From an uncultured Thiomicrospira sp. (lineage in GTDB: Bacteria; Pseudomonadota; Gammaproteobacteria; CAKMZV01): DNA of 64,000 nt. The stretch is taken from positions 704,001-768,000 of the forward strand of contig OZ239628.1 of NCBI GenBank assembly GCA_965195345.1. The letters run 5' to 3'. The notes below the pieces were generated by a model. It saw nothing but the letters and a program-made list of their open reading frames with translations. It had not been told where the DNA came from and made no database searches. Numbering within the stretch: the first letter of the stretch is position 1; each line of letters begins with the position of its first letter. Shown here piece after piece: positions 1-11,266 of this stretch. The position numbers and the translations under genes were made by a program.

Positions 1-197
1 GCTGCACCAATTGATATGCCAGTTATTTCAACCGCATTTCCAGCTTCTTTCAATCGAATCGCCTCTTCTACGGCGTTTTCATCAGGGGGGTTCATAGACA
101 TCTTGACATTGTCCATCTCTACGCCACTGCCATCAGACTTGACCCGCACATGCACGTTGTAGTCAACGACTCTTTTTATTGCAACCAATACTTTCAT
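1..197 (-). CDS. etfB: Electron transfer flavoprotein beta subunit (5' part, runs off window)
   Basis: Hand translation from ATG at 197: [51 protein letters not shown], a typical EtfB N-terminus. GAGGAG RBS upstream; directly downstream of the dehydrogenase. Confidence 0.93.
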   Translation of the reverse strand, partial: MKVLVAIKRVVDYNVHVRVKSDGSGVEMDNVKMSMNPPDENAVEEAIRLKEAGNAVEITGISIGA

Positions 198-207
198 CAG
201 TACTCCT

Positions 208-2643
208 CTAAGCTTTCAGTTTTTCATTTTTTGGATCGTAAGGACTTTCTTCAACAATCTCTGCATTATATAATTTTCCAAGGATATCAATTTGGAAACG
301 ATTGCCGACAGCAGCATGATCGCAATCAACCATTGCTAATGCCAGAGACATATTGAGACGAAATCCATAATTGCCACTTGTAGCGCGTCCTACAACTTTT
401 CCATTTTTGTAAAGAGGATTGTTGCCCAACGCATCTGCATCATCAACATTTTCTACTTTAAGCGTGACAAAGGTGTTTTTACAACCTTTTTCTTGCCAAG
501 CCAGTAATCGTTCTCGTCCAAAAAAGTCGCCTTTATCGGTATTGACAAAACGGTCAATTCCTGATTCAAAAGCGGCGTACTCAATGGATAATTCTGTGCC
601 GACTAACCTATAAGATTTTTCAACACGCATGCTATCCATGGCGCGAATTCCAAAAGGCTTAATGCCAAGGTCTTCTCCATGTTTAAATAAAGTGTCAAAA
701 ATGTGATTTTGATACTCTATAGGGTGATGAATTTCCCAACCAAGCTCTCCTACAAAATTTACTCTTGCTGTCCAAGTAGGTGCCCACCCAATGTTGACAT
801 GCTGAGTTGCTAACCATGGGAAACTGGCATTGTCAAAATTATTTCTTGATACCCGTTGCATTAATTCCCGTGATTTGGGTCCTGCAACGACCAGCACACC
901 AATAGAATTGGTTAAATTTTCAAAAATAACTGAATTGTCACGCGGCATATGTTTATGAATCCAATCGTGGTCTAAGCGTTGATACGCACCAGCGGAAACG
1001 AGATAAAAACTGTTAGAAGATTCTCGAGTGATGGTGAATTCAGAATGAACGCCACCACCTAAGCTTAAAGCATGACAAAGTTTCACACTGCCTATTTTTT
1101 TAGGCAAAGTATTGGCCACTAAATAATCAAGGAATTTTTCTGCTCCTGGTCCTCTGATACGGCATTTTGCAAAAGCAGACATATCGAGCACTCCGACATT
1201 ATTCTGCACATTGACGCATTCGTTGCCTACATGTTCAAACCATTTTGAGCGACGAAACGACCAATCGTCTTGCTGTTCGACTCCTTCGGGAGCAAACCAA
1301 TTTGCTCGTTCCCAACCAAATTTTTGTCCGAATACAGCACCCCGTGCTTTTAAACGATCATAACAAGGTGCTTGACGTAGTGGGCGAGCATCCCCACGCT
1401 CCTCGTCGGGATAGTGGATAACAAATACATTGCGATAGGCTTCTTCGTTTTTAGTGATTAAAAATGATTCGCTCGTATAACTACCAAAACGACGAGGATC
1501 AACACCAAGCATGTCGATCGTAGGCTCACCATCAACAATCCACTCCGCTAATTGCCAACCAGCGCCTCCAGCAGCAGTGATACCGAAACTATGCCCTTCA
1601 TTGAGCCACAAGTTGTTACGACCCCAAGCAGGGCCTATGATTGGACTACCATCAGGTGTGTAGCAGATAGCACCATTGTATACCTTGCTTACGCCTACTT
1701 CACCAAAAATGGGCACTCGATTAATTGCTGACTCAATATGTGGTTCAAGCCGTTCGAGATCTTCTTGAAAAAGTTCGTATTTAGCATGTGCATCGGGTCC
1801 ATCTATATAGCAAGCTGGTGCCCCATTTTCATAAGGACCAAGAATAAGTCCGCCGTTTTCTTCGCGCATATACCATGAACCGTCTGATTCACGTAAAACA
1901 CCCATTTCGGGTAATCCATCTTTGTGGCGTTGTTGAATAGCAGGATGTGGTTCGCTAACGATGAATTGATGCTCTACTGGTATGACGGGAATATTTAAAT
2001 CAAGCATTTTTCCTGTTTGACGGACAAAATTTCCTGTCGCAGTAATCAGATGTTCGCAATGAATTTCACCTTTATCAGTGGTGACAATCCAAGAGTCATC
2101 ATCTTTTTGGGTTAGGGCAGTGACTGTTGTTTCGCGATAGATTTCAGCGCCCATTTTACGAGCGCCTGTCGCTAGGGCTTGTGTTAAATCGGCAGGCTGA
2201 ATGTATCCATCACCGGGGTGTTGAATAGCTCCAACTAACCCTTCCGTATTACACAATGGCCAAGCTTCTTTAACTTCGTCTGGTGTTAAAAAATTAACAT
2301 CAACTCCAATCGTCTGCGCTACGCCTGCATACTGTCGGTATTCGTCCATGCGCGCTTGATTGGTCGCTAAACGAATATTACTAACCGTACGTAATCCACA
2401 ATCCATACCTGTTTCTTCTTGTAGACGGCTATACAAATCAACAGAATATTTATGAATTTGACCTACGGAATAACTCATGTTAAATAGTGGTAACAAACCT
2501 GCCGCATGCCAAGTTGATCCTGAGGTCAGCTCATTGCGCTCAATTAATGCCACATCGGTCCAGCCTTTCTTTGCTAAATGGTAGAGAGTGGAAACGCCAA
2601 CAACGCCACCTCCTATAACAACTGCTTTAGTGCTTGATTTCAT
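208..2643 (-). CDS. GcvT-family FAD-dependent oxidoreductase (dimethylglycine/sarcosine dehydrogenase-like)
   Basis: N-terminal GGGVVG FAD motif, [10 protein letters not shown]-terminal GcvT folate-binding domain ([17 protein letters not shown]); co-oriented with etfB. Confidence 0.9.
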   Translation of the reverse strand: MKSSTKAVVIGGGVVGVSTLYHLAKKGWTDVALIERNELTSGSTWHAAGLLPLFNMSYSVGQIHKYSVDLYSRLQEETGMDCGLRTVSNIRLATNQARMDEYRQYAGVAQTIGVDVNFLTPDEVKEAWPLCNTEGLVGAIQHPGDGYIQPADLTQALATGARKMGAEIYRETTVTALTQKDDDSWIVTTDKGEIHCEHLITATGNFVRQTGKMLDLNIPVIPVEHQFIVSEPHPAIQQRHKDGLPEMGVLRESDGSWYMREENGGLILGPYENGAPACYIDGPDAHAKYELFQEDLERLEPHIESAINRVPIFGEVGVSKVYNGAICYTPDGSPIIGPAWGRNNLWLNEGHSFGITAAGGAGWQLAEWIVDGEPTIDMLGVDPRRFGSYTSESFLITKNEEAYRNVFVIHYPDEERGDARPLRQAPCYDRLKARGAVFGQKFGWERANWFAPEGVEQQDDWSFRRSKWFEHVGNECVNVQNNVGVLDMSAFAKCRIRGPGAEKFLDYLVANTLPKKIGSVKLCHALSLGGGVHSEFTITRESSNSFYLVSAGAYQRLDHDWIHKHMPRDNSVIFENLTNSIGVLVVAGPKSRELMQRVSRNNFDNASFPWLATQHVNIGWAPTWTARVNFVGELGWEIHHPIEYQNHIFDTLFKHGEDLGIKPFGIRAMDSMRVEKSYRLVGTELSIEYAAFESGIDRFVNTDKGDFFGRERLLAWQEKGCKNTFVTLKVENVDDADALGNNPLYKNGKVVGRATSGNYGFRLNMSLALAMVDCDHAAVGNRFQIDILGKLYNAEIVEESPYDPKNEKLKA

Positions 2644-2706
2644 TTCTCAACTCCTGATATTTTTTCAATTCTTAACGTACGCCCTTAGAGCGATGCTTAA
2701 AAAACC

Positions 2707-2800
2707 ATTGCATTAGCTAACGAGACAAAGCACAAAGAAGCGAACATTTCTTTTGCACATCGTGCTTAAAGGTGTTATTTTTATAATGAGCTAATGCAAT
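2707..2800. repeat. 12-bp perfect inverted repeat (ATTGCATTAGCT ... AGCTAATGCAAT) with 70-bp spacer
   Basis: Arms at 2707-2718 and 2789-2800 in the intergenic region. Confidence 0.6.
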
Positions 2801-2875
2801 AATCCTAGGAGCGCACACTATACAAAGTTTAAAAGAAACTTGCAAAATAAAATGCGGTGAGTTCCTCAATGTTTT

Positions 2876-3991
2876 TTACTGGTTAGAATGAATTTTTTCG
2901 ATATTTGGAGTATTTGTATTTACTTCACCGCATTGTGCTCTATTTCTTAAAAGGTGGTCCATCAATACGAGCGCTGTCATAGCTTCTACTATTGGTGTTG
3001 CTCGAATACCGACGCAGGGGTCATGTCTTCCTTTTGTCACGATTTGAGTATCTATGCCTTGTTGATTAATAGTATTTCCAATTAAAGCAATGCTGGAAGT
3101 TGGTTTCAAAGCCACTGTGGCAAGGATATTTTGTCCTGAACTTATCCCTCCAACAATACCACCTGCATGATTGCTTTTAAATCCTTGACTGCTCAACTCA
3201 TCACGATGCTCACTTCCGTGTTGTGTTATGACATTAAATCCATCACCAATAGCAACGCCCTTAACTGCATTAATGCTCATCAATGCATGCGCGATTTCAG
3301 CATCCAAACGATCAAACACTGGCTCTCCCAGCCCTGTTGGAACACCTTTTACAATAACAGTTATTTCTGCTCCTATGGAATTATGTTGCTTTTTCAATTC
3401 TGTCATAAAATGCTCAATATCTGCAATACGATCAGAGTTGGGACAGAAAAAAGGGTTACTATTGATTGATTCAAACTCTATGTTGTCTTGTTCCCAATCA
3501 ATTTCAATTGGGCCGATTTGGGACAAAAAACCAATGATCTCCATTCCGTGTAGTTTAAGATATTTTTTTGCAATTGCACCTGCTGCGACACGCATGGCTG
3601 TTTCTCGTGCAGACGAGCGTCCACCACCACGATAGTCGCGAATTCCATATTTATGTTCGTAAGTATAGTCAGCATGAGCGGGTCGAAATACATTTTTAAT
3701 CTGACTGTAATCTTGAGAGCGTTGATCTGTGTTGTGAATAATCAATGCAATAGGAGTTCCAGTGGTTTTCCCCTCAAAAACACCTGATAAAATAGACACT
3801 TCATCATCCTCTCGACGAGGGGTTTCATAACGGTTTTTCCCTGGTTTGCGTCGATTGAGATCGGTTTGTATATCGTCTTCGTTTAATGGCATATTAGGTG
3901 GACAACCATCAACAATGGCAACCAATGCTTTGCCATGACTTTCTCCAGCTGTAGTTACTCGGAAACACTGTCCAAACGTATTTGCACTCAT
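2876..3991 (-). CDS. aroC: Chorismate synthase
   Basis: [22 protein letters not shown] and RHDPCV signature motifs. Confidence 0.98.
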   Translation of the reverse strand: MSANTFGQCFRVTTAGESHGKALVAIVDGCPPNMPLNEDDIQTDLNRRKPGKNRYETPRREDDEVSILSGVFEGKTTGTPIALIIHNTDQRSQDYSQIKNVFRPAHADYTYEHKYGIRDYRGGGRSSARETAMRVAAGAIAKKYLKLHGMEIIGFLSQIGPIEIDWEQDNIEFESINSNPFFCPNSDRIADIEHFMTELKKQHNSIGAEITVIVKGVPTGLGEPVFDRLDAEIAHALMSINAVKGVAIGDGFNVITQHGSEHRDELSSQGFKSNHAGGIVGGISSGQNILATVALKPTSSIALIGNTINQQGIDTQIVTKGRHDPCVGIRATPIVEAMTALVLMDHLLRNRAQCGEVNTNTPNIEKIHSNQ

Positions 3992-4918
3992 TTATTTAAC
4001 TCGTTTAATATTTTGTGGTCTTGATGAAGTTTGTTGTTGAAGATTGGGCAACTCATTTTTATACACAATAAAAACACCAACAGCATCACTGTTTTTCAAA
4101 GAAATTTCTACAAAAGGTATATTCGGGAAGTTGTCTAATAGAGCCTGTCCAGCTTCGCCTACTTCAAGAATCAATGCACCATTGTCATTTAAGACTCTAT
4201 CGATTTTATTCATTAGTGGGCGCACAAAATCAAGTCCATCTGTTCCCGCAGTCAATGCCAATTTAGGTTCATATTGTAACTCTAAAGGTAATGCGTGCAT
4301 TGATTCGTCATCAACATAAGGGGGGTTGCAGATAATTAAATCAAAGCGTTGGTCAATATCTTCAACGCCATCGCTTTGAACAATGTTAATTTGGTTTTCC
4401 AATCGGTGTTTACTTAGATTAATCGCTGCGACTTCAAGTGCGTCTTTGCTAATGTCGGCAATGACAACTTCAGCAAAGGGCATAGCAATTTTACAAGCAA
4501 TACCAATACAACCTGAACCGCAGCATAGATCAAGAACGCTCTTTGGTTGGTGATTTATCCATGGTTGAAAGTCATCCTCAATGAGTTCATAAATCGGGGA
4601 GCGGGGTATTAAAACACGCTCATCAACATAAAAATCCAAACCTAAAAAACGAGCGTTATTGGTTAGATATGGCATGGGTATGCGCTGATTGATACGTTTT
4701 TCAGCTAAAGTGATAATGCGATCTTTTTCTATTTCTGTTAATCGTGCTTGCCAAAATATATCTGGCAAGTCATGCGTCATGTTAGTGACGTGCAATATTA
4801 GGTCAATTGCTTCATCTATGGCAGTTTCGCGCCCCTGAGCAAAACAAAGATCAGTTGCATTGAAACGACTTGCAGCCCAACGTGCCATGTCTAACAGGGT
4901 ATTGAATTCTTTTGTCAT
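3992..4918 (-). CDS. prmB: 50S ribosomal protein L3 N5-glutamine methyltransferase
   Basis: FYVDERVLIPRSPI, DLCCGSGCIG, NPPY; conserved prmB-aroC order. Confidence 0.93.
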   Translation of the reverse strand: MTKEFNTLLDMARWAASRFNATDLCFAQGRETAIDEAIDLILHVTNMTHDLPDIFWQARLTEIEKDRIITLAEKRINQRIPMPYLTNNARFLGLDFYVDERVLIPRSPIYELIEDDFQPWINHQPKSVLDLCCGSGCIGIACKIAMPFAEVVIADISKDALEVAAINLSKHRLENQINIVQSDGVEDIDQRFDLIICNPPYVDDESMHALPLELQYEPKLALTAGTDGLDFVRPLMNKIDRVLNDNGALILEVGEAGQALLDNFPNIPFVEISLKNSDAVGVFIVYKNELPNLQQQTSSRPQNIKRVK

Positions 4919-4993
4919 GAGGGTATTTTATGGTTTTTTAGCCTATAATCTAAGCTTTTTTCATACTCAATCAAACTTTAGTGAATCCAAAAT

Positions 4994-6019
4994 ATGTCGG
5001 ATAAAAAAATAACGCATAAACCACGCATCCTTAGCGGTATTCAACCAACTGGTCAATTGATGATTGGCAATCACCTTGGTGCGTTGCGTCAGTGGGTTTA
5101 TTTGCAAGAATCACACGATTGTTTCTATACCTTGGTTGATTTGCATGCCATTACTGTGCGTCAAAATCCAGAAGTATTTAATGAACGCTGTTACAGCTTC
5201 GTAGCACAATATATTGCTTGTGGGATAGATCCTAAGCAGAGCACACTTTTTATTCAATCGCATGTTCACGAGCATAGCGAACTCATGTGGTTACTCAATT
5301 GCTTCACTTACATGGGTGAATTAAATCGCATGACTCAGTTCAAAGATAAGTCAAACAAACATGCGGAAAATATCAATGCAGGGTTACTCAGTTATCCAGT
5401 ACTCATGGCGGCTGATATTTTGTTATATCAAGCAAACTTAGTGCCTGTGGGTGAGGACCAGAAGCAACATTTGGAGCTTTGTAGAGACTTGGTGAATCGT
5501 TTTAATGAAGCATACAGCTCGAAACTTTTTAGCATGCCAGAACCTTTTATTCCTCCTAAGCAGGATGGAGGGCGCATCATGGCTTTGCAAGAACCCAGTA
5601 ATAAGATGTCAAAATCTGACGATAACGAACAAAATGTTATTGGATTATTGGATTCACCTAAACAAATAGAGAAAAAAATCAAACGCGCTGTCACCGATAG
5701 TGAAGATCACATTGCTTATGATTGGGAAAGGAAACCCGGCATTTCTAATTTATTGACACTGTATAGTGCGACAACACATACTAGTATAGAGGATGCTGTG
5801 AAGCATTTTGATGGGAAGATGTATGGTCATCTTAAAATTGAATTGGCTCAGGCGTTGATTGATTTTCTTGATCCAATCCAGCAAGAGTATCATCGTTTGA
5901 TGCATGATAAAGGCGAGTTGCAGAGCATTCTTAAAGATGGAGCAGACAAAGCATCTGCTGTTGCCGGCAACACACTAGACGCGGTGAAAAAAGCCATTGG
6001 ATTTGTTCCTAGATATTGA
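4994..6019 (+). CDS. trpS: Tryptophan--tRNA ligase
   Basis: SGIQPTG, YPVLMAADIL, VPVGEDQKQH and KMSKS motifs. Confidence 0.98.
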   Translation: MSDKKITHKPRILSGIQPTGQLMIGNHLGALRQWVYLQESHDCFYTLVDLHAITVRQNPEVFNERCYSFVAQYIACGIDPKQSTLFIQSHVHEHSELMWLLNCFTYMGELNRMTQFKDKSNKHAENINAGLLSYPVLMAADILLYQANLVPVGEDQKQHLELCRDLVNRFNEAYSSKLFSMPEPFIPPKQDGGRIMALQEPSNKMSKSDDNEQNVIGLLDSPKQIEKKIKRAVTDSEDHIAYDWERKPGISNLLTLYSATTHTSIEDAVKHFDGKMYGHLKIELAQALIDFLDPIQQEYHRLMHDKGELQSILKDGADKASAVAGNTLDAVKKAIGFVPRY

Positions 6020-6125
6020 GTTTCATTAGGAAAGAGGTTTTTATTTTTTAGGCTTCTTATATTTAGAAAAATTGAACGTTAATATTATGAGAAGCGCAAT
6101 GTCTTTGTGCAAAAAGACCATATAA

Positions 6126-6380
6126 ATGAAGCACAATTTAGAACTGAATCAAAAAAAAACTGTATTTCACTGCGCCGTCTACTTTAGGAGAACCTGCCAA
6201 AGCAGTTAATGACGTATATTGATTTTATTACATTCAATACAATTTGTTAGTCGATGATGAGAAGCTCGTTTTCGTTGAGTATTTTGACGAGACGGCAATG
6301 GAAAAATTGTTGAACATTGGTATTCGATTCAAGAGGTGTCCATTGCGTCGAAAAATGATAATTACTATGTGTTGAAGAAT
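6126..6380 (+). pseudogene. Decayed SnoaL-like/NTF2-family (ester cyclase-like) gene
   Basis: Frameshifted fragments MKHNLELNQKK..., GEPAKAVNDVY*FYYIQYNLLVDDEKLVFVEYFD and DGNGKIVEHWYSIQEVSIASKNDN match the family pattern YIQHNP...DGK..F..YF / DENGKIVEHWD. The middle appears deleted; the end coordinate is approximate. Confidence 0.6.
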
Positions 6381-6438
6381 CCTTCTGCTTTAAGAAATGC
6401 TATTTCGACGGGCAGCAAGGCTGTCTGACAGGTAGCCG

Positions 6439-7386
6439 CTATTGTTTTCTTAGGATGTTGCGCAACTGCTCTGTATCTGTGTGAAATCGGCGTATGCCAT
6501 CGGCTAATTTTTCGCTCGCCATTACGTCTTCATTAACCAGCCAACGAAAATTTCCTTCAGTAACATTTTGGGGCAGCTGATGAACGTCAAAGTTTGCAGT
6601 ATTAATTTTTGATGTTACAACATTATCTTTCGCTCGTAATTCATTCATCAATGCAGGAGATATTGTCAATTTGTCACAACCTGCTAATTCAAGTACTTCG
6701 CCGACGTTTCTAAAGGAAGCTGCCATAATGATAGTTGAATAGTTGCGTGCCTTGAAGCAATGATAAATATTTTTTACCGATAATACTCCTGGATCTTCTT
6801 CCGCTGTAAAATCACGCCCTACGTGGTTTTTGTGCCAATCTAAAATTCGACCAACAAAGGGGGAAATCAGCGTTGCTCCTGCTTCGGCGCAGGCGATTGC
6901 TTGAGTGATGTTGAAAATAAGGGTCATATTACAACGAATCCCTTTTTTCTCAAGGATTTGAGCCGCAAGAATACCTTCCCATGTTGCAGCAATTTTAATC
7001 AAAATCCGTTCTTTAGCAATTCCTCTATCTGAGTAAAGTTTAATGATACGTAGCGCGCGTTCTACAGTAGCAGTTGTATCGAATGAAAGTGCAGCATCCA
7101 CTTCAGATGAAACCAAGCCCGGAATCATCTTGCTGATGGAACTGCCAAACTCCACTACCAAATGATCGATACAAGCGTCAACCCATTCGATATCATTGTT
7201 GTTCTCATTCTTTGCGGCGCGCACCGCTTGTTCAATGAGTGCTTGACAAGACTCATCGCGTGCAGCGTTCAGTATAAGACTGGGATTGGTTGTGCAATCC
7301 AGAGGTTTAAATTTCTTGATTTCTTCGAGATTGCCAGAATCAATGACGACATCCGAATAGTTTGCTAATTGTTCTAATGCATTCAT
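6439..7386 (-). CDS. tal: Transaldolase
   Basis: DCTTNPSLIL, ILIKIAATWEG, ISPFVGRI, AASFR motifs. Confidence 0.97.
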   Translation of the reverse strand: MNALEQLANYSDVVIDSGNLEEIKKFKPLDCTTNPSLILNAARDESCQALIEQAVRAAKNENNNDIEWVDACIDHLVVEFGSSISKMIPGLVSSEVDAALSFDTTATVERALRIIKLYSDRGIAKERILIKIAATWEGILAAQILEKKGIRCNMTLIFNITQAIACAEAGATLISPFVGRILDWHKNHVGRDFTAEEDPGVLSVKNIYHCFKARNYSTIIMAASFRNVGEVLELAGCDKLTISPALMNELRAKDNVVTSKINTANFDVHQLPQNVTEGNFRWLVNEDVMASEKLADGIRRFHTDTEQLRNILRKQ

Positions 7387-7904
7387 CTTTTTACTATTAT
7401 GTATATTTAAAGGTTAATCTTTGTGATCTTTTTCGGTCATGAATTTGGCATAGCTTCTGATGACGTTTTTGTCCGTTGCTTTATTCGAGAGGTTTAAAGA
7501 TAATTTATCGAACGTTCAACTTATTTATTCGACTAACCACTCGACTTTTGAAGAAATTGTCATATAGAAGAAGTGAGTATTCTTAGGTTATATCAATCGT
7601 CTAAGAAATCTTTTATATGGGCTAAGGTGTCGTTTTGCGTTTTGCAAATAAGTAACTCATTACGATATTTTTAAAGCTGTGAATTTTCTTGCACCTCTTG
7701 GTTTGCCAAATGATTTGAATGCATTTTAGCACGTGATTTCATGTTATGTGTGCTATTGCGTTAGAAGTGCTAACAGTATTTTTTATTGTGCTCTCTTGCG
7801 ATATTCATTCGTTTTTTGAGTACTCGAAATTGACCTTTTTTACGCTCTCCAGTTAAAAAGTTGAAAATTATGCTCGACATACGACTTAAAAATCTTATCG
7901 ATAA

Positions 7905-9137
7905 CTAATCAACATTCTGCCAGCGGCATGTGCCGTTCTCACCGAATAAAGACTCGGTAAGCTGATTACCAGCAAGCTCTACTTTGGCGAAGCCGTTTAA
8001 TACTCGCAAAGGAGTATCTGGATCATTAGCAGATTGGGTTTCATACCACGTAATCTGGGGTTTCCCTTTCAACTCGCTGGCATTTCCGTAGGGGAGAGAA
8101 CCATGTCCAATGCAACGGCTGCGTATTGGCACGTTATTATCCAACTGATCTGCATAGACCACCGCATTATGCTCATGCCCCCAATACCAATATACGTTTT
8201 GATAACGAAGTTTATTATCGGAATTTGAAAGATTGCTCATTACTTGTTCGTATAGCTGAGTCTTGTTTTCTCCTTTAAGCTCATAGCCGGTATGATGAGA
8301 AAGTATAATAATGCCGTTTTTCGCAGGCAGTGATTTCAACCATTTTTGTTGTGCCTCACCCAGCTCTCCATCCATATACAATTGCCACTTATCTGAATAA
8401 TACGCGCTATCCAGCCCGATGATCAACCAATTATCATTTTCTAAGGCAAAATAACTGCACTTAGCTTGTAAAGGAAATTCTTGTTCCAAAGCATAAAAAT
8501 ACGATTTTGCACCACAATACATTTCATGATTGGAATTCAGAGTAAACGCGCCTTTTGAACCCTTTGGCCAAATATCAATCAGATTATTCTTTTCCTGATC
8601 CATCGTACCAGCATAATACACATCACCCAGATGTACGGTGTAATCGACCTTTTCCTTTTGAATGACATGAGCTATTTTTTCAGCTGGAGATAAAGGAGAT
8701 TTTCTCCAAAAACCAGTTCCCCAGTCCCCAACAATACAAAACGACGCATCATTCGCAATCGGTACAGTCACTGGATTTGTGTTGAATGTTGCTTGATCGT
8801 CAATGTGTTCCAGCCAGCATGTGAGAGCCTCTAGCCAACCAAAGTCAAGTAGTTCCCATTTCCCGGATCCAAATAAAGAACCATCAGGTCTAACTAACGT
8901 ATCATAATCAGTTTTGCTTCTGGGTAAATCTTTGGCATCCTCAGGGAATAAAACAGACATTGCATGTGCAATTTCAGTATGATGCGGAGCAGAAGATTTA
9001 TTCCCCTCAATAATTTCCCAAGCTTTACGATGTGCATCTTCCAACAATTTCTTCAATGCATCTTGTTCGCTGTCACTGGCCTTACGTTTAAATTCACTAT
9101 GCGCCTTTACCAGTCTTTGTTCCAAATCATTCATCAT
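7905..9137 (-). CDS. Calcineurin-like metallophosphoesterase
   Basis: GDWG, HLGDVYY, SNHEMY, SHH and WGHEH metal-binding motifs; helical N-terminal extension. Confidence 0.85.
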   Translation of the reverse strand: MMNDLEQRLVKAHSEFKRKASDSEQDALKKLLEDAHRKAWEIIEGNKSSAPHHTEIAHAMSVLFPEDAKDLPRSKTDYDTLVRPDGSLFGSGKWELLDFGWLEALTCWLEHIDDQATFNTNPVTVPIANDASFCIVGDWGTGFWRKSPLSPAEKIAHVIQKEKVDYTVHLGDVYYAGTMDQEKNNLIDIWPKGSKGAFTLNSNHEMYCGAKSYFYALEQEFPLQAKCSYFALENDNWLIIGLDSAYYSDKWQLYMDGELGEAQQKWLKSLPAKNGIIILSHHTGYELKGENKTQLYEQVMSNLSNSDNKLRYQNVYWYWGHEHNAVVYADQLDNNVPIRSRCIGHGSLPYGNASELKGKPQITWYETQSANDPDTPLRVLNGFAKVELAGNQLTESLFGENGTCRWQNVD

Positions 9138-9554
9138 TTCTCCAATTGATCATGTATAAGTGTTATCAAGTGTTAGATTCATCCAACTAAGTATTTCTTT
9201 GATGAGCCGTTTTCTCTCGATGTTTCAGCATTATCGAACAAACATCCTTATGAGTTTGGTAACCAAATAATAAGTGGTGGTTTCTCACCCTCCACATGCC
9301 TATTTTTTACTCGCTGCTCATTTAAGTACAGACATGCTCACTTGGCCTCTTCGCTTTTATAGACCATGATAACAGCAATCTTGTTTTGTTTAATATCAGT
9401 CCGCAACTTTTTTACGGCGCTTGTTCTATATTATCCGCGCTAAAGTCACCATCACACAAAGTCTCTAAGCAATACGTCTAAATAGAGTATTATATTGTTA
9501 TTATTCCTCAAATTTCTCATAACAGACAGTAATACATACTGAACAAGTCAGCTA

Positions 9555-9719
9555 ATGACTGATTAAACTTTGACCTTAAAAAAGATCACCCATTATCTAA
9601 AAATTACTGATAAAACTGCTTATCGTTTAGCTGTAGAAGGTACATTGGCAGATTTTAAGGCTGGAGGTAGTTGGCGTTTTAAACGAGAATATATAGAATG
9701 CCGGATTGTTGAACAATAA
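9555..9719 (+). pseudogene. Excisionase-like helix-turn-helix (HTH_17) regulator with in-frame stop at codon 4
   Basis: MTD*TLTLKKITHYLKITDKTAYRLAVEGTLADFKAGGSWRFKREYIE matches the LTLKEVAEYLK..KTAYRLA..G.IPGFKVGGSWRF pattern. A TTG at 9570 could rescue a shorter product. Confidence 0.75.
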
Positions 9720-9758
9720 AGCAACCAATAAAGCAACCAATAAAGCAACCAATAAAGC
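9714..9758 (+). repeat. 12-bp tandem repeat (CAATAAAGCAAC) x3.75
   Basis: Units start at 9714, 9726, 9738 and 9750 (partial); ends 23 bp before the hsdM1 start. Confidence 0.95.
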
Positions 9759-9781
9759 GCAGCCATGAGACAAGAAAGCAG

Positions 9782-11266
9782 ATGACAACTGAAAAAATAA
9801 CGCTCTCGCAGTTAGAGCAATACTTATCAAAAGCAGCATGGATATTAAAAGGCCCTATTGATGCTTCTGATTTTAAAGTTTACATATTCCCGTTACTATT
9901 CTTTAAACGAATTTCTGATGTGTATGATGAAGAATATCGTGTAGCATTAGAAGAGTCTGATGGTGATGAAGAGTATGCAGCATTACCAGAAATGCATCGT
10001 TTTGAAATCTCTGAAGACTGTCACTGGCAAGATGTCCGTGAAACCACCACAAACGTAGGTGCTGCGATTGAGAACGCCTTGCGTGGTATAGAGCAAGCTA
10101 ACCAAGAATTCCTTTATGGCATCTTTGGTGATGCGCAGTGGAGCAACAAGAACAAACTGTCTGATGCTTTACTCATCAATTTAATAGAACACTTCTCTCA
10201 ATATACTCTGGGTAATCAAAAAGTTGACCCTGACATGCTCGGTAATGCTTACGAGTACTTAATCAAACATTTTGCTGATTTAACCAATAAAAAAGCCGGT
10301 GAATTTTATACGCCTCGTTCGGTGGTGCATTTGTTAGGGCTGATTTTAGACCCCCATGAAGGACAAACCATTTACGATCCAGCCTGCGGTACCGGTGGAA
10401 TGCTGCTTGAGTGTGTTGATCACTTAAAAGACAATAAAGAAGATTATCGAACGCTGAAAATATACGGTCAAGAAAAGAACCTAACATCCAGCTCAATTGC
10501 CCGTATGAACATGTTTTTACATGGCATTGAAGACTTTGAAATATTGCGTGGCGATACCTTACGTCATCCTGCATTTTTTGAAGCCGATGGGCTGAAAACC
10601 TTTGATTGTGTGATAGCAAACCCACCATTTTCCTTAAAAGACTGGGGTGCAGAAAATTGGGCTAATGACCCTTATGGCAGAAATATAGCCGGTGTGCCAC
10701 CAAAAGGCAATGGTGATATGGCTTGGGTGCAGCACATGGTTAAGTCCATGAATAGCACTGGACGTATGACCGTTGTATTGCCGCATGGCGCACTTTTTAG
10801 AAAGGCTGCCGAAGGAAAGATACGTAAACAGCTATTAGAACAAGACATGCTTGAAGCCGTTATCGGTTTAGGTCCTAATGTGTTCTACGGTACACAGTTA
10901 GCCGCTTGTGTCATGGTGTTCAAACAAAACAAATCAGCCGACAAAAAAGGCAAAGTATTGTTTATTGATGCATCAGATCAAATCCGCGTTGGTCGAGCAC
11001 AAAACTTCTTAGAGCCAAACCACATTCAACAAATTTATGACTGGTACCACAACTATCAAGATGTAGAAAACTACGTAAAAGTCGCTTCAATGGACGAATT
11101 AAAAGAAAACGACTTTAACTTAAATATTCCACTGTACGTTGAAAAGATCATTGAAAATAACTTGCCTTCTGTTAAAGAAGCTATGAGCGGTTTAAAACAA
11201 GCATGGCAATCAAGCCTTGATGCCGAAGAAAAATTTAAAAATATACTAAAAGGATTTATACAATGA
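9782..11266 (+). CDS. hsdM: Type I R-M methyltransferase subunit M1 (NPPF motif IV)
   Basis: HsdM N-terminus (YIFPLLFFKRISD), GEFYTP, YDPACGTGG, NPPF. Confidence 0.95.
   Translation: MTTEKITLSQLEQYLSKAAWILKGPIDASDFKVYIFPLLFFKRISDVYDEEYRVALEESDGDEEYAALPEMHRFEISEDCHWQDVRETTTNVGAAIENALRGIEQANQEFLYGIFGDAQWSNKNKLSDALLINLIEHFSQYTLGNQKVDPDMLGNAYEYLIKHFADLTNKKAGEFYTPRSVVHLLGLILDPHEGQTIYDPACGTGGMLLECVDHLKDNKEDYRTLKIYGQEKNLTSSSIARMNMFLHGIEDFEILRGDTLRHPAFFEADGLKTFDCVIANPPFSLKDWGAENWANDPYGRNIAGVPPKGNGDMAWVQHMVKSMNSTGRMTVVLPHGALFRKAAEGKIRKQLLEQDMLEAVIGLGPNVFYGTQLAACVMVFKQNKSADKKGKVLFIDASDQIRVGRAQNFLEPNHIQQIYDWYHNYQDVENYVKVASMDELKENDFNLNIPLYVEKIIENNLPSVKEAMSGLKQAWQSSLDAEEKFKNILKGFIQ

Noticed and set aside
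9180-9470. Protein-like minus-strand fragments with internal stops upstream of the phosphoesterase
   Set aside because: No family could be recognised, so a pseudogene call is unsupported without a search.
9714-9758. Short repeat as a CRISPR array
   Set aside because: The units are contiguous 12-mers with no spacers, and there are no cas genes.
9627-9839. 70-aa minus-strand ORF with repeated LLVA
   Set aside because: It is the antisense reading of the 12-bp tandem repeat and overlaps hsdM1 and the HTH relic.
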